Source of the DNA: a virus
Lineage: Duplodnaviria; Caudoviricetes
Reading direction: 5' to 3' (one strand)
DNA: 64,000 bases
IMG/VR virus record: IMGVR_UViG_3300033066_001150
Span: 33,979-97,978 of that record
The translations under genes and the position numbers were made by a program. This document shows positions 26,943-36,837 of this stretch, piece by piece (position 1 is the stretch's first letter; every line of letters begins with the position of its first letter). A model generated the notes under the pieces. The model did no database searches, was not told where the DNA came from, and worked only from the letters and a program-made list of their open reading frames with translations.

Positions 26943-27392
26943 ATGTCTGGTGCGATGACACATGGTCCCTGTGATATTGTGGGCCAGCTAATGATCGACC
27001 AATTGGTTGTGACAGACCCTACGGATGACGCGGTGTGGCCTTTGGGGGTTTCGGAAGAGTTATCTTCCCCAGACGAAGCGGTCTGTATTTTTGATTCCGA
27101 AGGCCGACAACAGGGGTTTGATCAAACACAAGGGGAAATGCAGGAGCAAGAGGGTCTTGTGGTCCGGGTCCGGGCCAAAGATTACCGTAGAGGCTACTTA
27201 AAAGCCAAGGCCCTTGCTACACTCTTTGACACAACAATTTCCAATAATTTGGTCACACTGGAGAGTTCCACTTATCTTGTTCACTCGGTGAATCGAACAA
27301 GCGGTGTGATTCATATGGGGAAAGAAACGGGCGCCAGCAAACGACATCTTTTCAGTATCAACTTCACTGTTGCAGTAACGCAACGCAGCTAA
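26943..27392 (+). CDS. Tail terminator
   Basis: 149 aa; PD.AV.I.D..G, V.VR..DY..GY, R..FS.NF; before tube gene. Confidence 0.7.
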   Translation: MSGAMTHGPCDIVGQLMIDQLVVTDPTDDAVWPLGVSEELSSPDEAVCIFDSEGRQQGFDQTQGEMQEQEGLVVRVRAKDYRRGYLKAKALATLFDTTISNNLVTLESSTYLVHSVNRTSGVIHMGKETGASKRHLFSINFTVAVTQRS

Positions 27393-27404
27393 GCAGGAGG
27401 ACTC

Positions 27405-27881
27405 ATGGCCGCTCCCACACCAACAGCACGAGTGACCCCGACGGGGATCAAGCTGAAAGACGGGTATCCCGTCAAGATCACCTTCTCCCTCGATACCAAC
27501 ATCGAAATCTGGGAAAAGAGTGTACAACCCCCCGGGATTGTTATCGGGGACAAGATCGACCAGACAACCCAGCACAATGAAGATTATGAGACGTTCGCCC
27601 CGCCGGCCCTGAAAAGCCTGACGGATGGCGGCGGTACATGCGCCTATGACCCGGCGGTACTGGCGTCCATGGAAGCCATTATTGGTCTGGAACAGACCAT
27701 CACGTACACGTTCCCCGACGGGACAACGTGGGCCATCTACGGCTATGTGGCAGAGTGGACGCCCGACGCCTTGGAACGTGGTTCCCAGCCGGAAGCCAAC
27801 TTCAAAGTCGTGTTCACGAACTGGGACAACACGAACAAGGTCGAAGCCGGTCCGGCTGTGGCGTCTGTCGCCGGTACCTGA
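27405..27881 (+). CDS. Tail tube (major tail) protein
   Basis: AGGAGG RBS; PPGI..GD.ID.T, TF.P..LK.L, FPDG....IYGYV. Confidence 0.8.
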   Translation: MAAPTPTARVTPTGIKLKDGYPVKITFSLDTNIEIWEKSVQPPGIVIGDKIDQTTQHNEDYETFAPPALKSLTDGGGTCAYDPAVLASMEAIIGLEQTITYTFPDGTTWAIYGYVAEWTPDALERGSQPEANFKVVFTNWDNTNKVEAGPAVASVAGT

Positions 27882-27947
27882 TCAATGAACTAGGATGTGA
27901 TGGGGCAAGGAAGCCCATTTCCCCCCTTCTATATGGAAAGTAGAACG

Positions 27948-28364
27948 ATGAGCGAAATACCAGAAGCCCCCAAGACCCCACCGAAAGACCCCTTCGATTT
28001 CAGTGATTTGAGGATCATTGAAATTCCCGTGAAAATCGGGAGCGCCTGCTACACGTTGGTTGAGTGTAGTGCGGATGCGGCGGCCCGCTACGAAGAAATG
28101 AAACTGCAGTGCGCCAAGGACTACATGGACGGGAAACCCACACGTATCGAGGGGGCCGGGATTCTCCCCATTAAGCTCTTATCAATGTGTGTTCTGGACG
28201 CGAACAATAAATTCGTTTCCGAGGAAGTGGTCAAGTCGTGGCCGAATCGGGTTGTCCAGTCCTTGGAGGCCAAAGCCAAAGAGATCAGTGAACTGGGGAG
28301 CAAGAAGTCGGCTTTGGACGCACTAAAAAACGTGCCGCCCGCTACGACGGACAGCTCCGCGTAG
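27948..28364 (+). CDS. Tail assembly chaperone G
   Basis: Between tube and tape measure; slippery heptamer near 3' end. Confidence 0.75.
   Translation: MSEIPEAPKTPPKDPFDFSDLRIIEIPVKIGSACYTLVECSADAAARYEEMKLQCAKDYMDGKPTRIEGAGILPIKLLSMCVLDANNKFVSEEVVKSWPNRVVQSLEAKAKEISELGSKKSALDALKNVPPATTDSSA
28325..28331 (+). promoter_or_regulatory. -1 programmed ribosomal frameshift site A AAA AAC
   Basis: X XXY YYZ heptamer in frame; -1 frame is open from 28331 to stop at 28696. Confidence 0.85.
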
Positions 28365-28696
28365 CCAGTCACCTTCAACGAACTCTTGGTGAGTACCTTG
28401 GTTGGAACCAACCTGTGACTCACCGAGAGCATTTGACTTGGTTGTATTGGTTGCGGGAAGAAAAGAATAATCCCGGAATCAATGAACACTACTTGATGAT
28501 GGTCGGGGCAGAAATCCGGCGGTCGCGGACCAAGAACCCCAAAGAAGTCAAATTGGAAGACATGCGGTTGGAGTTCTCGTTTGCGGGACCAGAAGAACAG
28601 GAGGGGATGACCTTAGAAGAACAGAAAACATATTCTGACTGGTTAAAACAAGCCTACCTCGCCCGATGGAAAACCAAGCCCCCCGGTGTTAAATGA
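28331..28696 (+). CDS. Tail assembly chaperone GT extension (frameshift product)
   Basis: RAARYDGQLRVASHLQRTLGEYLGW...THREHLTW continuous in -1 frame. Confidence 0.8.
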   Translation, partial: RAARYDGQLRVASHLQRTLGEYLGWNQPVTHREHLTWLYWLREEKNNPGINEHYLMMVGAEIRRSRTKNPKEVKLEDMRLEFSFAGPEEQEGMTLEEQKTYSDWLKQAYLARWKTKPPGVK

Positions 28697-30588
28697 ACGA
28701 AGAAGAAATCGCCAATCTTGTGACAGTCCTCTCTGCCGAGGCGGGAGAGTACACCAAGACTATGGAAGAAGCTTCTACGACGGCCCGTAAGACAGCGGAA
28801 GACGTCGAAGGTTCGTTTAGCAAAGTCAGTGTCGGGTCCATCGCGGCCGGTCAGCTAATCGCCACATCTATCACTGCAATCGCGTCCAAGGCTTATGAGA
28901 TTGGCACGGCGGCCGTCGCCAACTTCGCAGACGCCGAAGCGGGGGCTATTAAACTCAAAGCTGCCATCGGGGCTCGTGGCGGGGATGTGGCGGCGACGTT
29001 TGCTGACTATGATAAGTTCGCGGGGGTTATCCAGAAACTCACAGTGGTGGACGATGACGCTGTGAAAGGTCTGTTGCAACAGTCGGAAGCTTTGGGGGTT
29101 ACAGGCGACGCGGCTAAACGGGCCGCCAAGAACGCCGTCGCCTTGCAAGCCGCCCGTGGGATCAGTGCCCAGTCCGCCATTCGAATGACCGCGGCGTTGG
29201 AGCAGGGCAACGCCACCATGCTGACACGTATGATTCCCTCGCTTCGCAACGCCAAGACAGACACCGAAAAGGTCGCGATGGCACAGGACATGCTCGCCAA
29301 GATGTTCAAGGTCGCCGAGGCTGAGGCAGGTTCTATCAAGGGTGCCTATGCTCAAATGAGTAACGCGATCAGTGACACCTATGAAATGGTGGGGACTTTT
29401 ATCGCGGAGAACCTGCAACTTGTAGACGTGATGCAGTTTGTCCGGGACGGGTTCGGCAAGGTCCAGATGATCTTACCGGCAGTCTTCGAAGCCGTGACTC
29501 CTATTATCAATCGGGTCAAAGAAAGCGGCACGGCTCTGTTCACTACTATTATGGAAAAGGGGACCGAGTTTCTTGTGTGGGCGGGTCCCTTGTTTCTGGA
29601 GTTTGGAAACATCGCCGTCACATCCATCGATGGCTTGGTGACCATTTGGATGAAGTCGTGGGACATCATTGTTGGTGCGGTTTCCGCGGCGTGGAGTTTT
29701 ATTTCCGGGTCTACGGAAACAACATTCACGGACGTCAAAACGTTCCTGCTGGACGCCATGATTTCGGCCGAATTCGCCTTCCAGCATTTTGACGAGGTGG
29801 CGGCTCTCACGTGGGTGAATATCCAATTGGGGTTCGTGGGGCTGGTGGAAGACATGAAACACTTCTTCCTCAGAACAATCCCAGAACTGCTGACATGGTT
29901 CGGGGAGAACTGGGAAAAGGTGTTCTTCACGGTTCTGGACTTGACAATGACGGTGTTTATCAATTTGGGACAGAACATCCGCAACGCCATGACGGCTATC
30001 TGGGACTACATCAAGTCCGGTGGGACCAAGTCCCTGTCCCTCTCGTGGATTTCCTTGGAAGAGGGCTTTGTCAACACCATTGATAAGCTTCCCGAGTTGT
30101 CCGAACGGGGAATGACCGAGGTTGAGAAGTCTTTGCGGAAAGAGTCCGAAACCCTCGCGAACACAATGGGTGAGGAGTTCGCGGACTTCTACAATGAACG
30201 CATGGGGGAAATTAACAGCAATGGGCTCGTCCAAAGCTTGGTCGACTCCACCAACGGGATGGACGACGTCGCTCTAGATATTGGGACAACCGCGGGACAG
30301 GCCCTTGGGAAGGGTATGAAAGACGGGGTTAAGTTGGAAGGGGCGGCGGTGGGGAGCGCCGAGGCTCTGTCCCGTATTCTGGCCACACAAGAAGCGTTGC
30401 GGGCTGGCAAGGTTTCCGCTGTGGCTTCGGGCGCTGCTGGTGGGGTAGCAAAGCAAGCCACTTCGGGCGTAGCGGTTGGTCGGGGACAAGAGAGCAAAAT
30501 CGAGACGTACCTCAAAGAACTGGTCGAACTGGCCCGAGCCGCGGCTGGTGGGGAAACCGTGGAAGTCAAACCAGCGGGGTTATTGTAA
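28693..30588 (+). CDS. Tape measure protein
   Basis: 631 aa helical, Ala-rich with periodic W/F; follows G/GT. Confidence 0.88.
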   Translation: MNEEEIANLVTVLSAEAGEYTKTMEEASTTARKTAEDVEGSFSKVSVGSIAAGQLIATSITAIASKAYEIGTAAVANFADAEAGAIKLKAAIGARGGDVAATFADYDKFAGVIQKLTVVDDDAVKGLLQQSEALGVTGDAAKRAAKNAVALQAARGISAQSAIRMTAALEQGNATMLTRMIPSLRNAKTDTEKVAMAQDMLAKMFKVAEAEAGSIKGAYAQMSNAISDTYEMVGTFIAENLQLVDVMQFVRDGFGKVQMILPAVFEAVTPIINRVKESGTALFTTIMEKGTEFLVWAGPLFLEFGNIAVTSIDGLVTIWMKSWDIIVGAVSAAWSFISGSTETTFTDVKTFLLDAMISAEFAFQHFDEVAALTWVNIQLGFVGLVEDMKHFFLRTIPELLTWFGENWEKVFFTVLDLTMTVFINLGQNIRNAMTAIWDYIKSGGTKSLSLSWISLEEGFVNTIDKLPELSERGMTEVEKSLRKESETLANTMGEEFADFYNERMGEINSNGLVQSLVDSTNGMDDVALDIGTTAGQALGKGMKDGVKLEGAAVGSAEALSRILATQEALRAGKVSAVASGAAGGVAKQATSGVAVGRGQESKIETYLKELVELARAAAGGETVEVKPAGLL

Positions 30589-31595
30589 TGGTCGCGGAGT
30601 TAATTCTTGGCGGGCGGTATGTTTGGGGTGGCGAGCGGGACGACGAAGGACACCGCACGTTCACCATCGGGCACCGTGTTCGCACAACATCCTTTGATGA
30701 TGGACCAGCCGTCGTCATGCAGTGCCCCGGTCTCCCCACACCGGGCATTGCATGGGGTTTCGGCAACGATGTTGATATTTGGGCTTTCTGCTATCCCGGC
30801 ATGAAAGTCGATATGTACAAGAACAAGCCGGGACACAAGCATCTGCACTGGTTGGTGACGCAAAAGTTTGGGACCAAGCCTCTCAAACGCTGCCAAGACA
30901 CCAGCATCGAAGATCCTTTGATGGAGCCACAAAAGGTTTCCGGATCTTTTGTCAAGTACACCAAAGAAGTTACAGTGGACCGGTTCGGGGCTTATATCAA
31001 GAGTAGCAGCCACGAAATGATTCGTGGTCCACAAGTTGAGTTCGACGCCAACCGAATGCAGGTCAACATTTCCCAGAATGTGGCCTCGTTGGAGTTGGGG
31101 CTGTTGGCATCCATGGTGGACACTGTCAATGATAGTGTTCTCTGGGGACTGCCCGCCCGAACTGTGAAACTCAGTGAAGCGTCTTGGGAGAAAAAGTACA
31201 ACGGTTCCTGCTACGTGTATTTCACTCGTAACCTTGGATTTGATATTGATTTTAACGGTTGGGACCGCCACATTGTGGACGAGGGGACCAAGGCCCTCAA
31301 CGGAGAAATGCGTGAAGGGGAGTGGGTTGTCAAAAACTTCCTGGATGGGGACGGCAATCCCACAATTGAACCGGATAGCAGTAACCCTCAACACTTCGTA
31401 CGTCTGCAGGACGAGAAAGGAAACGTCATGCGGATGATTCTCAACGGATACGGTATCCCAATCAGTGCAGGGGACCAAACGGGAACCGGTACAGGGACCA
31501 CGAGCAGTCCAGTCCCCGGTCAGGTTCCTGTGGAATATTACGGGGAGTCGAATATGCTCCTATTGTCGATTCCTTCTGACTTGGAAGCAGCATGA
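30588..31595 (+). CDS. Distal tail/hub-like protein
   Basis: Immediately after TMP (TAATG); contains TGTGTGT. Confidence 0.6.
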   Translation: MVAELILGGRYVWGGERDDEGHRTFTIGHRVRTTSFDDGPAVVMQCPGLPTPGIAWGFGNDVDIWAFCYPGMKVDMYKNKPGHKHLHWLVTQKFGTKPLKRCQDTSIEDPLMEPQKVSGSFVKYTKEVTVDRFGAYIKSSSHEMIRGPQVEFDANRMQVNISQNVASLELGLLASMVDTVNDSVLWGLPARTVKLSEASWEKKYNGSCYVYFTRNLGFDIDFNGWDRHIVDEGTKALNGEMREGEWVVKNFLDGDGNPTIEPDSSNPQHFVRLQDEKGNVMRMILNGYGIPISAGDQTGTGTGTTSSPVPGQVPVEYYGESNMLLLSIPSDLEAA

Positions 31596-31996
31596 GTAAC
31601 GAAGCCCGCGTGAATACCCAACTGCAGATCACCAAAGGGAATCTGCAGTATCGTTCTAGTCCTACAGCTTTCCTCGGGGACGTGACAGGTGCAGTGGGAC
31701 CGACTCCCGGCGCCATCGAAGTCCCTATCACTGGCGTGGATGTGGACTTTTCGGTTCTCACGACTCCGGGCTATTGTCGCATCTACAATTTCGACGACAC
31801 AAACTTCATCATCTGGGGAGCACATGATGGGACTGACTTCTATCCCCTCGGAGAAGTTCGTCCCGGCGAGTCCTATGTTCTCCGACTTTATAGGTACCTC
31901 GGCGGTCTTGGTACGGGGACAGGTACGACAGTGAAACTCCACCTTATGGCTGACACGGCGACCTGCTATGTGGCAGTGGAAGCCTTCGAAGCCTAA
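31592..31996 (+). CDS. Putative tail protein
   Basis: 134-aa beta-rich ORF, ATGA coupling; GTGTGT. Confidence 0.6.
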   Translation: MSNEARVNTQLQITKGNLQYRSSPTAFLGDVTGAVGPTPGAIEVPITGVDVDFSVLTTPGYCRIYNFDDTNFIIWGAHDGTDFYPLGEVRPGESYVLRLYRYLGGLGTGTGTTVKLHLMADTATCYVAVEAFEA

Positions 31997-32013
31997 TCAA
32001 CAGAAATATCCCC

Positions 32014-32538
32014 ATGAGTGAAGAATTCCCCGAAGACGATGAGTTTGAAATCGACAAGGCCTTCAATGGAAGCGGGGGTATTGTCCGGGTTGCTATTCCC
32101 CGGAACACCCTACCCAACAAACCCAGCCCCATTCAGTACGACCGATTGACTGTTGTGGAAACGATGGCGTTCATGGCCCACAAGGGGACACGGGTTCCCC
32201 CAGTGGAATCCAAGTATTGCCGTGTTCTGTCCCACTCAGACCGCCCCTACCAACGGACGTATAAGGTGGGGGAGACTCCCGGTCCTCTGGACCTTGGTTG
32301 GGCCCGGGAATGGCCTGCAGTTGGGCTGATTCACGTCTCCAATGACGAAGGGAAATATAACTCTTTCATTCCCACCCCCAAGGAAGTACAAGAGCGAGCG
32401 CTGAAGATCGTGGAGTTGGGAGACTGGTTGATTTATCCCGGGGAATCCATGCGTGGGGTTCATAAGGATATTCAGACACTGCTGGTTCGTTGTCGTTCTG
32501 GTTTCGCGGAAATCACCATTACCATTTTTCCGGCGTAG
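32014..32538 (+). CDS. Putative tail-associated protein
   Basis: 174-aa ORF in tail operon. Confidence 0.55.
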   Translation: MSEEFPEDDEFEIDKAFNGSGGIVRVAIPRNTLPNKPSPIQYDRLTVVETMAFMAHKGTRVPPVESKYCRVLSHSDRPYQRTYKVGETPGPLDLGWAREWPAVGLIHVSNDEGKYNSFIPTPKEVQERALKIVELGDWLIYPGESMRGVHKDIQTLLVRCRSGFAEITITIFPA

Positions 32539-32540
32539 AC

Positions 32541-33470
32541 ATGGCACTTCGGGACTTTTCAGACGAAGAAATGCGGATGTTGTCCCGTGTCATTCAACGG
32601 GAACGGCAGTCCGTCCAGAACCCACGGTCCCGCCCCGGACAGGACCGGAGCTACGACGAGAATCAAGACTGGCTGGCCCCAGAAGTCTACATTGCTAAAC
32701 CAACAGCGTCTATTAGCGCCTTGCAAGTGGGAGTGGGCACCGGAACGGGGATGCTCGACCAGCCGGGTTACGGAACGGCTGACATCTACCGTATCTCTGG
32801 AGGTTCCTTAGGGGAGCCCCGTCTGCTTAAAGCCTTCGAAACAAATCGAAGAGTCTGTAATATCACAGGAGGGGTGCTGTCTACCAGTGATTGGACAATT
32901 GCGATTCGCGACAAATATGGGTCTTGGCTTCTTGTCAATCCATCTCAGAATAGTCGCAAGGCCGTCTACATTTTACAAGAATCCGGTTCGGGGTTGCCGA
33001 TTCCTATCTGTCGGCAAGGTACCATCGAATACTTCGGGGACGAGACGGAAGAGTTGATATTAGTCTCGGAATATTCCGACGGGTCTAGTCCGTTTTACGC
33101 CAACCCCTCCATGCTCAAGGGTATTCTGTTCACTGGACAGCGTGTCACTCTTTCGCTCATTGATGGAGTGTGGTACATAGCGTCTGACAGTGAGTGGGAT
33201 TGGATCGGTACGGTGGGTTCTTCGTTTGTTCTTCCCGGAACCGGAAGTGGGACAGGGAGCTCCATTTACTTTGCAAATGGGTCGGTTTATTTGCCATATT
33301 GGGGAGGGTCCGACGAGTATCCGGGACTGCAGGAGGCCCTTGTGTCCATGTATTGCCCCTTGTCTTTGGCCGCTACTCTTACAGAAGGAACTAAAGTTTT
33401 CGTGACTTGGGATAATGCACGCCTCCGATTCAACGTGTTAATTTCTGGCTGTCCTTCTTATACGGTATAA
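32541..33470 (+). CDS. Putative tail tip protein
   Basis: Tail operon position; GTGTG and GTGSGTGS. Confidence 0.55.
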   Translation: MALRDFSDEEMRMLSRVIQRERQSVQNPRSRPGQDRSYDENQDWLAPEVYIAKPTASISALQVGVGTGTGMLDQPGYGTADIYRISGGSLGEPRLLKAFETNRRVCNITGGVLSTSDWTIAIRDKYGSWLLVNPSQNSRKAVYILQESGSGLPIPICRQGTIEYFGDETEELILVSEYSDGSSPFYANPSMLKGILFTGQRVTLSLIDGVWYIASDSEWDWIGTVGSSFVLPGTGSGTGSSIYFANGSVYLPYWGGSDEYPGLQEALVSMYCPLSLAATLTEGTKVFVTWDNARLRFNVLISGCPSYTV

Positions 33471-33472
33471 GC

Positions 33473-35086
33473 ATGTCTAGTCTGGGTTCCCCCGTTAGTC
33501 CAGTCCGTTGTGAAGGATGCGATTGTCGTAATGAGACAGTCGACGCTGATCCGTATTACCCGGATCAGTATGGTATTACTGGGACAGGGCTGTCGGAAAA
33601 GGACTGGCCTTGCTGCAACGAGGAAGCCGCTCCTTGTTCTTACGCTGTGATCGCAGAATGCGAGCACGAATACCCCGCCACGGAATTTCTCGGCAGCGCT
33701 TCTTACGGTGGCTTGTTGAAGCCCACGGGCTTTCCATCTGGAGAAGACCCGAAATTACTCTACCCCATTTTCGAATTAAAGAAGGAATGCATTACAGGTT
33801 GTCGGTATTCGTGGAACTACAATCTTATCACCGACCCCAGAATGTACCCTGTTGATACGTCAGGTGTCACTTTAACCGAAGGGTTCCCAACATATCGGAC
33901 GGTTGATGGGGAGATACAACACGTCAAGCCGCGGTGGCGTCCTGGAAATAACATTGGCTGTCTCGTGGGGGAAGAGCCAGATTATCGACTTTGGAGTCTT
34001 GTTGATATCACTGCAAACCCTGTGCAGTTGACATGGGATTTTCATGGGTTGCCGGGGGAGAACGACCCTCTCACACAATTGGGAGTGAGCGCCCCGGTCT
34101 ACGAATCTGTTAGTGGGTGGATTCGTTGGGGCCGCAATCGTATGCGTCTGACCGAAGCATCCCAAAGGGAATGGCCATCCCTACGACCGGAAGTTTGTGT
34201 TGTTGCTGTAGACTACCCGTACCTTCCTAATCCATGCGAGACACTTCTCGACCGCTGTAACTGCATGGATCCCGGAACAGCACAGACTTCGTTTGACGTC
34301 ACGATCGCCGGGTGCAGTAATTTTTCCGGCACGTACACGGTTCTATTCAGTCGTTATCGACAAGACTTAGGGGACACGCTACCTTGCGGGGTGAGCTATC
34401 CTGCTTCAGCACCTTGCGGTGTTTTCTGGTCGGACAATCCGATTGGTACCGGAGAAGAAATCTGTGTCAACGAAGGGGTCAACTGGACTGGGTCGGCACT
34501 CGGTTTTCTGAACTGGTGCGATGGTGCGAACTATCACGTTGAGTTGTTCTGCTACAACCTTGATACAGAGTGCTGGGTCTCTCAAGGAGAGGCTACGATC
34601 ACCGTCCAAGAACCTCGATGCCAAGGAATGTACTTAGAATTTACGTTGCCCCCGATCAACTGCTGTTGTACCGCTTCTACTCCTTGCACTTGCGGAGACA
34701 TAAACTACTCTGACTCACTAACCATTGAGATCGTAGCTCCAGACTGTCCTGCCATCGATGGGCTTACCGCCAATTTGACTGCTTCTAGTAATCCGGCTTG
34801 CGACCACGTGGGTCAGACAAGATGTGCTTCTCAAGATGCTTATATTGTCTTTTGGCTTACTTGTGATGCTGGAGTTTTTCGTCTTCGCGTTACTGTAGAT
34901 ACTATCGGAATCACATCGAGTAACATCATTGGATCCGGAGCGTACAGCTATAACGAAGTTGCATCTACAGTATCTTCTTCTCCGTTCATGATCGAGTTTC
35001 CAGCTGCTAGTGTTGGAGCCTCTTCTATTGCTCTTTGCGAAGGAGGGTGTACAAATCCATTTGATATTGCCTTCGTGATTACTTAA
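33473..35086 (+). CDS. Cysteine-rich putative tail tip/receptor-binding protein
   Basis: About 33 Cys in 537 aa by manual count; last gene of tail block. Confidence 0.6.
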   Translation: MSSLGSPVSPVRCEGCDCRNETVDADPYYPDQYGITGTGLSEKDWPCCNEEAAPCSYAVIAECEHEYPATEFLGSASYGGLLKPTGFPSGEDPKLLYPIFELKKECITGCRYSWNYNLITDPRMYPVDTSGVTLTEGFPTYRTVDGEIQHVKPRWRPGNNIGCLVGEEPDYRLWSLVDITANPVQLTWDFHGLPGENDPLTQLGVSAPVYESVSGWIRWGRNRMRLTEASQREWPSLRPEVCVVAVDYPYLPNPCETLLDRCNCMDPGTAQTSFDVTIAGCSNFSGTYTVLFSRYRQDLGDTLPCGVSYPASAPCGVFWSDNPIGTGEEICVNEGVNWTGSALGFLNWCDGANYHVELFCYNLDTECWVSQGEATITVQEPRCQGMYLEFTLPPINCCCTASTPCTCGDINYSDSLTIEIVAPDCPAIDGLTANLTASSNPACDHVGQTRCASQDAYIVFWLTCDAGVFRLRVTVDTIGITSSNIIGSGAYSYNEVASTVSSSPFMIEFPAASVGASSIALCEGGCTNPFDIAFVIT

Positions 35087-35345
35087 CAACTGGCTGGAGG
35101 TTACGGTTCACGATAAACCGACACGAACAGTCTTCGCATTCGTAGCAACCGTAGGTCCAGTCCCCTTGCCAAAAAGCAGTAGCTTCGCACTTTGGACACG
35201 TCCAACGAGTCCCCCAGTAACCGTCCATAGGCTCCCCTCCGTACCTTGTGTGTACCGTTTTATCAATAGCAGGGTAGATGACCCCAAATCCAAAACCAGC
35301 GGCAATAGCGATAATAACTAACCACTCAAGGCGAAACTTACTCAT
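35079..35345 (-). CDS. Small membrane-anchored Zn-ribbon protein on the opposite strand
   Basis: One TM helix then CPKC...CEDC; purine-rich RBS; fills the gap between two + genes. Confidence 0.55.
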   Translation of the reverse strand: MSKFRLEWLVIIAIAAGFGFGVIYPAIDKTVHTRYGGEPMDGYWGTRWTCPKCEATAFWQGDWTYGCYECEDCSCRFIVNRNLQPVVK

Positions 35346-36597
35346 GCGACCGTCCCTTTCAGAATGGATTGAAGGCAAAACTAAAACTGGCAAATCCCTT
35401 CCTTTAGAAGAAGTCAACAAGTACCGTACTTTGAAAGGACTCCCTCCTTTTCCTTACGGTGTAGAACGTAACACGGCCCCCTCCGGTTTACAAGAAAATA
35501 GAGGAATTCCTAAAAATCTACAACTTCTTCCCGGGAACGTGTTAAAGCAGTTGCTTGATCAGTTGGGGCTCTCCTCCCAGTGGTGTGCGGGTTGTCAGGG
35601 CCGCGCCGCCCAGATGAATGCTTGGGGCCATGAGGGTTGTCGGGGGCATTTTGATGTAATTGTGGGCTGGATGGAAGAAGGGTATGCCCGGCTCAACTGG
35701 TTGAAATGGACTAGGACCGTTGCCAAGTGTGCCCGGACGGGGCTGGTGTTCCAGTTGAATCCGTTTCACCCCTGTCGCAGTATTGTCGAGGAAGTGTTGC
35801 GACGGTGCTCCCCGGAATCGTCCCCCATTGAACAGGAAGTGCCAAGGACGGAATCAGCGCCTCCCGTTGTTGTCCCCTTAACGCTTCTCCCTGTTGTAAA
35901 GCCCACGGAAATGATCTGGTCTTACGGTGTCACTACAGTCCCGGCGCGACGTGCTACCCTGCTCCCCACAACGCTCGCCAGTTTGGCGGCTGCGGGTTTT
36001 GATAAACCCCGGCTGTTTGTGGATGGGTGTGACGAGTTGCAAAACTGGCGCCGGGATTTCGATTTAGAAGTCACGTGTCGCTACCCCAAGGTAGGGGTCG
36101 CTGCCAATTGGATTTTGACGTTGCACGAATTGATTTTACGGGAGCCCAACGCCCATAGGTATGCCGTCTTCCAAGATGACTGCATTACCTATAAGAACCT
36201 CCGACAGTATCTGGAGAAGGTTCCGTACCCGGACAAAAGCTACTTGAATTTGATCACGGAACTGGAAAACGAAGGCAAAGCCCGAACGCATTCGGGCTGG
36301 TTCCCGGCCGCTCAGTTGGGACGTGGGGCTGTGGCCCTTGTGTTCAGCCGGGAGGCTGCCACAGTTCTCATGTCCCACCGAAGTTTTATCGAGAGGGCCC
36401 AAGACACCAAACGGGGGCACATTGCAATTGACGGGGGGATTCTTTACGCCATGCAGAACTGCGGGTGGAAGGAATACTGTCACAACCCCAGTCTAGTGCA
36501 ACACATCGGTCACAAGTCCAGCACAATGGGCCACGGCCAAATCCCTCAAACGAAATTATTCCGTGGAGAAGGTTACGACGCCCTGAACCTGTTATAA
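35344..36597 (+). CDS. Glycosyltransferase (GT-A fold) with N-terminal Cys-rich domain
   Basis: YGVTTVPAR, VFQDD, HNPSLVQHIG; N-term CAGCQGRAAQMNAWG..C. Confidence 0.8.
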   Translation: MRPSLSEWIEGKTKTGKSLPLEEVNKYRTLKGLPPFPYGVERNTAPSGLQENRGIPKNLQLLPGNVLKQLLDQLGLSSQWCAGCQGRAAQMNAWGHEGCRGHFDVIVGWMEEGYARLNWLKWTRTVAKCARTGLVFQLNPFHPCRSIVEEVLRRCSPESSPIEQEVPRTESAPPVVVPLTLLPVVKPTEMIWSYGVTTVPARRATLLPTTLASLAAAGFDKPRLFVDGCDELQNWRRDFDLEVTCRYPKVGVAANWILTLHELILREPNAHRYAVFQDDCITYKNLRQYLEKVPYPDKSYLNLITELENEGKARTHSGWFPAAQLGRGAVALVFSREAATVLMSHRSFIERAQDTKRGHIAIDGGILYAMQNCGWKEYCHNPSLVQHIGHKSSTMGHGQIPQTKLFRGEGYDALNLL

Positions 36598-36606
36598 GGG
36601 ACGACC

Positions 36607-36837
36607 GTGTGTCAAGAAACTGGACTCGGGGACCTTGTGGCCCGGGCGTTGTCCTTGGTGGGTTTGACAGAAGAACGTGTGTCGGCTTGGATTGGAGATT
36701 GTTCCTGTAAAGAACGCATCAAAAAACTCAATCAACTAGGGCACTGGGCGTCCCGCGTACTTTCCGGTCAACATGCTAACGCAAGGAAATATCTCAATGC
36801 ACTCCTACACGACGAGAACGACATGTCGGGTCTGTGA
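36607..36837 (+). CDS. Small Cys protein (GLGD..CSCKER...LN type)
   Basis: GLGDLVARAL...DCSCKERIKKLN; similar pattern to the N-domain of the preceding ORF. Confidence 0.6.
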   Translation: MCQETGLGDLVARALSLVGLTEERVSAWIGDCSCKERIKKLNQLGHWASRVLSGQHANARKYLNALLHDENDMSGL

